Shown here: positions 60,240 to 64,000 of the stretch, piece by piece
How the letters are laid out: each line of letters starts with the position of its first letter
Numbering within the stretch: the stretch's first letter is position 1
Assembly: GCA_002633005.1 (NCBI GenBank)
Contig: NMRA01000766.1
Coordinates: 80,978 to 144,977, forward strand
DNA: 64,000 nt
Direction of reading: 5' to 3'
Origin: Phoronis australis
Lineage: Eukaryota > Animalia > Phoronida
The notes under the pieces: model-generated
Databases searched by the model: none
What the model was told of the DNA's origin: nothing
Seen by the model: only the letters and a program-made list of their open reading frames with translations
Program-made: the position numbers and the translations under genes

Positions 60240-62481
60240 TTGAAGGTTCATATTACTCTGTTTCACTCAGGGCTGCATGGAGCTAGAGAATGAAAACCTC
60301 CTTACAATGCATGCACCAAAGGACTCCGTCACCTTCAAGAACTCTACGCATGGTTGTGGCAAGACCACACACAAGTTCACATTTTCAAAGATCTTCTCGG
60401 ACGACGTTGGACAGAAGGCATTCTTTGACGACACTATGCTGTCGACCGTCAAGGACTTTGTTGACGGCCAGAACTGTCTTGTATTTACATACGGGATTAC
60501 CAACGCCGGAAAAACCTACACTATTCAAGGTTAATCGCTTTTCTATTTGAAAGTTACTGCTAATGTTGGAATCATGTTGTGGCTACTGCTTTGTGGACAT
60601 TGCATGATTTACTACAACACCCTTTCTGATTATTTGTTGTGGACAATACCAAGCCTTGGTAGGGACTATATTGTGACCATCTGGTGGGCTAAATTGAGGC
60701 GCGTCTTAAAATCACTTAGACAGTGTGAACTCTAAACTTTTCAGCCTATAAGAATTACATGGTTTGCATTGTAATGTAAATAAGCGCCATGCGAAGCCAG
60801 ATATTGTGTATTTGACCATGTTTTTTGTTTTAAGAATGGAGACGACTCGCCTGAAGACGGGCTCATCACAAATTCTCCTGTATTGGGCTTTGGCATGTTT
60901 TGGCTAGTATTTGATGGGCGAGGATTTGTCAAGAGTTTGTCGGCAGAAGAATCGGATATAGCGCTGAAAGCATCATCCAAATTGTGACTGCGTACTAAAA
61001 AGTCTTGGTGTTTTGAGTTGATTTGTTGACCCAGCTTTTGTTCAATCCTGGGTTAAATCCAGTCACAAGAATGTGCCCCTAATTGAATTGCAGTATAATT
61101 CATCATAACCCCAAGTTTTGACGTCACAACCATCTGACCTAATTGACTTGTGTGGTTGACAGGTAAGCCGATGGACGGGGGCATCTTGCCTAGGGCACTT
61201 GATGTGCTGTTCAACAGTATTGAGAACAAACAGTGGGAGAGTATGACTCTAAAACCCAAAATGTTCTGCGACGTGGTCAAGCTCTCGGAGAGGGACTTAG
61301 AGCATGAACAGCGTGTGAAGGATAAAGTGTTCCGCATGGCCAGTGATGAGGTGAGGGGTTAGGGACTGGGGTGTTTGTGTCAACTCTAACCCATGTTGAA
61401 ATTTGCTTTTGATCAATCTTGGAACCTGTCTTGACAAAAAGGATAGCAGTTGTGTAGTATTTTCAGGGCTTGGAATTTTCCGCGGAAACGCGGATTTCCG
61501 CTTTTTTCAAATGCTCTTTCCGCGCATTTTATAATATTTCGGCGTAAAAAAATCGGATTTGATATAAAATTTCCGCGGCAAATTCCTTTCTTACCGCGGC
61601 GTTGCAGACGACAGTCACCTCGAAAAGCGGAAGTTGCTCTTTATGTTTCGGAGGAACGTAAATTGTCAACATTGCCAGGGCATCTGGGATAGCGTGGTGG
61701 GATTTTCAATGGCGTCTCGTGTTACTGTAAGCCGCGGTGACAAATACTACGGCTCTGCAGCCAAAAGTGTGTGGATTGGGAGTCGACGGGCGACCTAAAA
61801 GGACGCAGACGCATGCTACTGATGGTGGTAACGTTTTTTTTTTATTAGTCCTCCCGATTTTTGTCGTGGGGGAAAGGTTCACATCGACCATTTCAAGGCT
61901 GGGCAGCGCGCATGATTTGGGCCGTAAAAGTTTCCGCGTTTTTTGTCATTGGTCATTCCAAGCCCTGTATTTTGGGCCCTACCGCACCCTGATCGTGTAA
62001 AGAGGGGGGAATTACTTCTTCGTGCCTCAACTATGTGGCCAAATGTAGGTCTGAATCATTTCTGAAAATATCTCTCACAAGTTCCCTCTTTGAGCAAGAA
62101 AATTCTGCACAATGGATCATAGCTGTCATGATCATCAATATTATCTGTGTGTGATTGAATTTTCCCCTTGTTGGGGAAAATTGCCCTTTCAGAAGGCGCA
62201 GACACCATGTAATCTATGACCTTGTCACTTTCAGTGTATTCATCCTTTGTCTCTGAAACACAGGCACTCTGTTTGATCATCTCTCCTTTCCCAGCATTAC
62301 AGCACGTGTTATGCCTACTCTGATAATTTTGCATCTGCAGTTTATACCTGCATTCTCAATGTGTTGCAGGATCCCGACGTGACAACCCTGCTGGGTGACG
62401 ATGCCTCTGACATGTCGCGCGCTACCAACAGCACTATGGCTTCAGAGGAATCCATCATGCACAGTTCCTCTGTCGACTCAG
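59132..62481 (+). CDS. KIF20A: Kinesin-6 family motor, KIF20A/KIF20B (MKLP2)-like, N-terminal exons; gene continues beyond window
   Basis: Exons 59132-59344 (..KRNLLEDF..EHMKVFLRIRPF), 60271-60529 (HKFTFSKIF..VKDFVDGQNCLVFTYGITNAGKTYTIQ, P-loop), 61163-61350 (GILPRALDVLFNSI..LKPKMFCDVVKL), 62370-62481 (low-complexity loop-6 insert typical of kinesin-6). A vs B orthology cannot be resolved. Confidence 0.88.
60185..60238. repeat. (TTA)n microsatellite near the KIF20 acceptor at 60270
   Basis: About 18 TTA units seen directly. Confidence 0.95.
61464..61967. mobile_element. Intact hAT-like MITE with perfect 13-bp TIRs and 6-bp TSD
   Basis: CAGGGCTTGGAAT ... ATTCCAAGCCCTG; both flanks read TATTTT (61458-61463 and 61968-61973); GC-rich ccgcgg subterminal motifs. 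Confidence 0.85.
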
Positions 62482-63653
62482 GTAGGTCTTACAACAAATG
62501 CGAATGGACAACCAATAATGTTAAACTCTTGATGGGTCCGGCTTGGTGCCCAAGAAATACGGAATACCTGCGGGCCTCCAATGGTACTAGTTGTTTTTTA
62601 GCAGCATCGGTCCTCATTCAATGTCGTTGGCACATTTTTCATTAATAGGCCTTTTTTCGGAAAGTATGTCCTGTCTCATATTACTAGAATTAAAGGATAC
62701 CATACTCTTTTGTGGCCTATTAACAGATACTAAAACGACTTTTCCATCCAGTACTCGAAAACAAAATAATGCCCTCAAACCTTCGCCAACACTCTGAAGG
62801 AAAATTCGAAAACTCCTTTCAAAATCTGATAAACGGGCAAGCATGACCTACATTTTTAGCGAATTACAAGGCAATTTGGAAAAGACCATCCACCAAGGAC
62901 CTAATTATGTTCAATCTGTGACATAGAGATTGTTAGTTTTTGTGGATTCCTGCCTTTAACATTGGAATATTGAGCCCAATTGCACATTAGCATGTGACAG
63001 GACGAGGATTGGTTAGTCATCAAAATAATGTTTAGTATCCTTTTAAGGTAGAAACTATGCTATTTCCAAATGTACTCAGTGGGGTTTACGATCAGAAATT
63101 TGCCACTGTAGGTTGTCCTACTCAGGTGAGACGTTATTGCCCTTATCTGCTAACTATAGTACTACTTGTCGCTGACATTGTCACTTAAGGAAAGCGTCTA
63201 ATCAAATTCGATTCCTTGACATTGAAGTCGTTTCTGTGATCTCACAAAAAATTCACGAAGTCTCCCTGTTTGCATGCAAATTATTGTCTGGTATTGCTAA
63301 ACATTTTGAGAAAGGTCACATAAACCAGACGAAATCTCCTCGTCATTAATTAAATCTTTGTCAGATAGCGTAGGGCAGTGCCATCTGTTGTTGCTTTGGA
63401 AACAAAATATCCGGGTCTCGATCCAGTCATGCTCTCAGGGTGTTGTTTGGCGAGTCTTGGTCATACCTGCCCATCATAGCAACCAACCTGGTCAGTGCTG
63501 TGAGATGTCACTCAAAAAAATGCAGAATCGAGGCTCAGATCAGAAAAGTTCCAATTAACGATTCTGAAAAAATAGTATTTCCTGCACAAATAATCAGTGT
63601 CTGCCAAGCAAAATATGAGATCTCGTAATTTCAGCAAAGTGGTCAATAGATAT

Positions 63654-64000
63654 CAGGGCTCGACGCTAATAAAATCGCCAGGTCGCATTTTGCGACCTAG
63701 CCAAAATCCCAGGTCGCATTTTCAAAGTCCAGCTCGCATTCGTAAATGCCAGGTCGCTAAATTTTCCCGCCATTTTTACGCGCCAAAACAGATTTTTTAG
63801 ATCATCGGGAAAATGTTTAGATTATGCTCTTACCTGCAGCGTTAAATACTCACAAATTTCGGATTTCAAAATTGACTTCATTCATGCAGGTACGGCCTTA
63901 CTGTTCTTCACGACCGCCATTGAAAGTCTCTAGAGCGCAAGGCAAGTTGCCGGCGTGAAAGTTGAATCAGTGCTCTCTAACTGACTCGTGCATTCGAGTA
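63654..64000 (+). mobile_element. Left end of a hAT-like element (CAGGGCTCG start), probably extending past the window
   Basis: CAGGGCTCGACGC terminus followed by repeated ccaggtcgcattt subterminal motifs; right TIR not in window. Confidence 0.5.

Overview
AT-rich, intron-rich animal DNA, probably lophotrochozoan or molluscan (inferred from a Pif/BMSP-type ChtBD2+LamG3 gene). Five protein-coding genes were reconstructed by hand from splice sites. (1) + strand 1058-29983, 5'-incomplete: a large extracellular mosaic protein, EGF-(Sushi/CCP)x27-(EGF)x5-chitin-binding-like repeats-LamG3. Its core is 20 strictly alternating, near-identical 174-nt A/B Sushi exons. (2,3) Two head-to-head SPEF1 paralogs (- strand 31030-38051; + strand 40207->46845, last exon probably in an N gap). 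The + copy has two apparent mutually exclusive 112-nt exons in its CH domain. (4) PBDC1 on the - strand (51998-57291), divergent from (5) a KIF20/MKLP2-like kinesin-6 gene (+ strand, from 59132, running off the window). MITEs, hairpin elements, tRNA-derived SINEs and tandem repeats are scattered throughout. The most unusual signals are in the Pif-like gene. Seven of 10 B exons begin with GTAAAT, so A-to-B splicing recreates a donor identical to real donors in the gene (possible recursive, in-frame exon skipping). A 129-bp tandem repeat creates a ladder of in-frame alternative 5' splice sites after the first EGF exon. The repeated exons are homogenised while their introns have diverged. All splicing claims are sequence-based inferences without transcript evidence.
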